A program made the position numbers and the translations under genes. Under the pieces are notes generated by a model, which saw only the letters and a list, made by a program, of their open reading frames with translations, had not been told where the DNA came from and did no database searches. Shown here piece by piece: positions 61,145-64,000 of a stretch of 64,000 nt of DNA. The first letter of the stretch is position 1. The number at the start of each line of letters is the position of its first letter. The DNA is from Chiloscyllium plagiosum (lineage: Eukaryota). The stretch covers positions 53,915,605 to 53,979,604 of the forward strand of contig NC_057718.1 of NCBI RefSeq assembly GCF_004010195.1, given 5' to 3'.

Positions 61145-63695
61145 AGCCATAGAGTCATAGAGGTTTACAACATGGAAATAGACCCTTCAGACCAACCCGT
61201 CCATGCCGACCAGGTATCCCAAACTAATCTACTCCCACCTGCCAGCACCCGACTCATATCCCTACAAACCCTTCCTATTCATATACCCATCCAGATGCTT
61301 TTAAATGTTGTAATTGCAACAGTCTCTGCCACTTCCTCTAGCAGCTCATTCCACACACATACTACCCTCTGCGTCAAAACGTTGCCCCATAGGTCTATTT
61401 TATATCTTTCCCCCTCACCTTAAACCTATGCCCTATAGTTCTGGACTCACCCACTCCAGGGAAAAGACCTTGTCTATTTATCCTATCCATGCCCCTCATG
61501 ATTTTATAAAACTCTATAAGGTCACCCCTCAGCCTACGACGCTCCAGGGAAACAGGCATAGCCTATTCAACATCTCCCTATAGCTCAAATCCTCCAACCC
61601 TGGCAACGTCCTTATAAATCTTTTCTGAACCCTTTCACGTTTCACAACATCCTTCCGAAAGGAAGGAGACCAGAATTACATCTAATGTTCCAAAAGTGGC
61701 CTAACCAATGTCCTGTACAGCCACAACATGACCTCCAAATTCCTGTACTCAACACTCTGACCAATAAAGGAAAGCATACCAAATGCCTTCTTCACTATCC
61801 TATCTACCTGTGACTCCACTTTCAAGGAGCTATGAACCTGCGCTCCAAGGTCCCTTTGTTCAGCAACACTCCCTAGGACCTTACCATTAAGTGTAAAGTC
61901 CTGCTAAGATTTGCTTTCCCAAAATGCAACACTTCGCATTTATCTGAATTAAACTCCATCTGCCACTCCTCAGCACAGTGGCTCATCTGATCAAGATCCC
62001 AGTGTAATCTGAGGTAACCTTCCTCGTGCTCCACTACACTTCCAACTTTGGCGTCATCTGCGAATATACTAAATGTATCTCTTATGCTCACATCCAAATC
62101 ATTTATACAAATGACAAAAAGTGGAGGACCCAGCACTGATCCTTGTGGCACTCCATTGGTCACAGGCCTCCAGTCTGAAAAATAACCCTCCACCACCACC
62201 CTCTGTCTTCTACCTTTGAGCCAGTTCTGTATCCAATTGGCTAGTTCCCCCTGTATTCCATGAGATCTAACCTTACTAACCAGTCTCCCATGGGGAAATC
62301 TTGTCGAACGCCTTACTGAAGTCCATATAGATCACATCTACTACTCTGCCCTCACCAATCCTCTTTGTTACTTCTTCAAAAAGTTCAATCAAGTTTGTGA
62401 GACATGATTTCCCACACACGAAGCCATGTTGACTATCCCTAATCAGTCCTTCCCTTTCCAAATACAAGTACATCTTGTCCCTCAGGATTCCCTCCAACAG
62501 CTTGCCCACTGGTCTATAGTTCCCTGGCTTGTCTTTACCACCCTTCTTAAACAGTGGCACCATGTTTGCCAACCTCTAGTTTCCGGCACCTCACCTGTGA
62601 CTATCGATGATACAAATATCTCAGCAAGAGGCCAAGCAATCACTTCCCTAGCTTCACACGGAGTTCTAGGGTACACTTGATCAAGTCCTGGGGATTTATC
62701 CACTTTTATGTATTTCAAGACATCCAGCACTTCCTCCTCTGTAATATGGACATTTTTCAAGATGTCATCATCAGTTTCCCTACATTCTATATCTTCCATG
62801 TCCTTTTCTACAGTAAACCCTGATGCAAAATACTCATTTAGTATTTCCCCCATCTCCTGCAGCTCCACACAAAGGCCACCTTGCTAATCTTTGAGGGGCC
62901 CTATTCTCTCCCTAGTTAGCTTTTTATCCTTAATGTATTTGTAAAATCCCTTTGGATTATCCTTAACTCTATTTGCCAAAGCTATCTCATGTCCCCTTTT
63001 TGCCCTTAAGTTTACTCCTACTTTCTTTATACTCTTCTAAGGATTCACTCAATCTATCCTGTCTATACCTGACATATGCTTCCTTCTTTTTCTGTCCCAA
63101 ACCCTCAATTTCTCTCGTCATCCAGCATTCCTTATACCTACCAGCCTTTCCTTTCACCCTAACAGGAATATACTGTCTTTGCACTCTTGTTACCTCGTTT
63201 CTGAAGGCTTCCCATTTTCCAGCCATCCCTTTACCTGTGAACATTTGTCCCCAATCAGCTTTTGAAAGTTCTTGCCTAATACCATCAAAATTGGCCTTTC
63301 TCCAATTTAGAACTTCAACCGTTAGATCTGGTCTATCTTTTTCCTTCACTATCTTAAAGCTAATAGAATTATGGTCACTGGCCCCAAAGTGCTCCCCCAC
63401 TGACAACCTCACCTGCCCTGCCTTATTTCCCAAGAGGAGGTCAAGTTTTGCACCTTCTGTAGTAGATACATCTATGTACTGAATCAGAAAAGTTTCTCAT
63501 ACATGCTTAACAAATTCCTCTCCATCTAAACCTATGACACTATGGCAGTCCCAGTCTATGTTTGGAAAATTAAAAGCCGCTACCATAACCACCCTATTAT
63601 TCTTACAGATAACTGAGATCTCCTTACAAATTTGTTTCTCAATTTCCCTCTGACTATTAGGATGTCTATAATACAATCCCAGTAAGGTGATCACT
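61145..63695 (-). pseudogene. CR1 LINE ORF2 (endonuclease to RT) and 3' UTR
   Basis: ORFs 63497 (GLYYR.PNS...FNFPNIDW), 62987 (SDHN), 62482, 62276 (QHGF..YMDFSKAFDK) and 61873 (GVPQGSVLGP..FADDAK); frameshifted. Confidence 0.95.
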
Positions 63696-64000
63696 GTGCA
63701 GCTTAGACAAAATGTTGCCCATCACTGTGTACAGGACTTAGAAATGAAACTAAAACTACAATAATGAAACATTTCCAGGCCATTGTAACATCACTAATTA
63801 TTTGTGCATTCGTTAAAGTTACATTTTGTTTCAAAAATCAATAATCCTCTGTAAACCAAGATAGGGAAAAAAAAACATTTGCCTCATTGTAAAGACGGTC
63901 TGCTGCTGAATCTGGAAGCAAAATAGTTGTCCTTGAAACCTCGAAATTGTTGTGTTATGTCTCATAGTTAACATGTTTGTATACTTTTAAGAGAGAGATT

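Noticed and set aside
1..64000. Prokaryotic-type systems (operons, defence islands, CRISPR-Cas) or endogenous viral genes
   Set aside because: Coding density is very low, the recognisable ORFs are vertebrate retrotransposon fragments, and I recognised no viral motifs.

Overview
This is AT-rich, repeat-dominated eukaryotic genomic DNA, almost certainly from a cartilaginous fish (shark). The inference rests on HE1-like tRNA-derived SINEs, abundant CR1 LINE fragments, Penelope-like elements, Rex1/Babar LINE 3' ends and Deu-domain SINE relics. There is no operon, rRNA, genuine tRNA or CRISPR array, and no complete protein-coding gene. The long ORFs are mostly decayed retrotransposon frames or chance ORFs. 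Two unnamed candidate terminal exons point towards each other (+ at ~8.6 kb, - at ~37.5 kb), which suggests intron / 3' end / intergenic / 3' end / intron. The most notable structures are: (i) several minimal hammerhead ribozyme motifs in Penelope pseudo-LTRs, with two identical intact copies facing outwards in a ~1 kb composite that encloses CR1-derived DNA within one 13-bp TSD; (ii) fold-back Penelope palindromes with long TSDs; (iii) a ~450-bp local inverted duplication inserted into a TSD-bounded solo LTR; (iv) a non-coding bipartite Rex-type element with a YY1-like 5' end and 19-bp internal repeats; (v) very degraded PIF/Harbinger relics. Family names come from motif recognition by eye, not database searches, and repeat boundaries are approximate unless a TSD is quoted.
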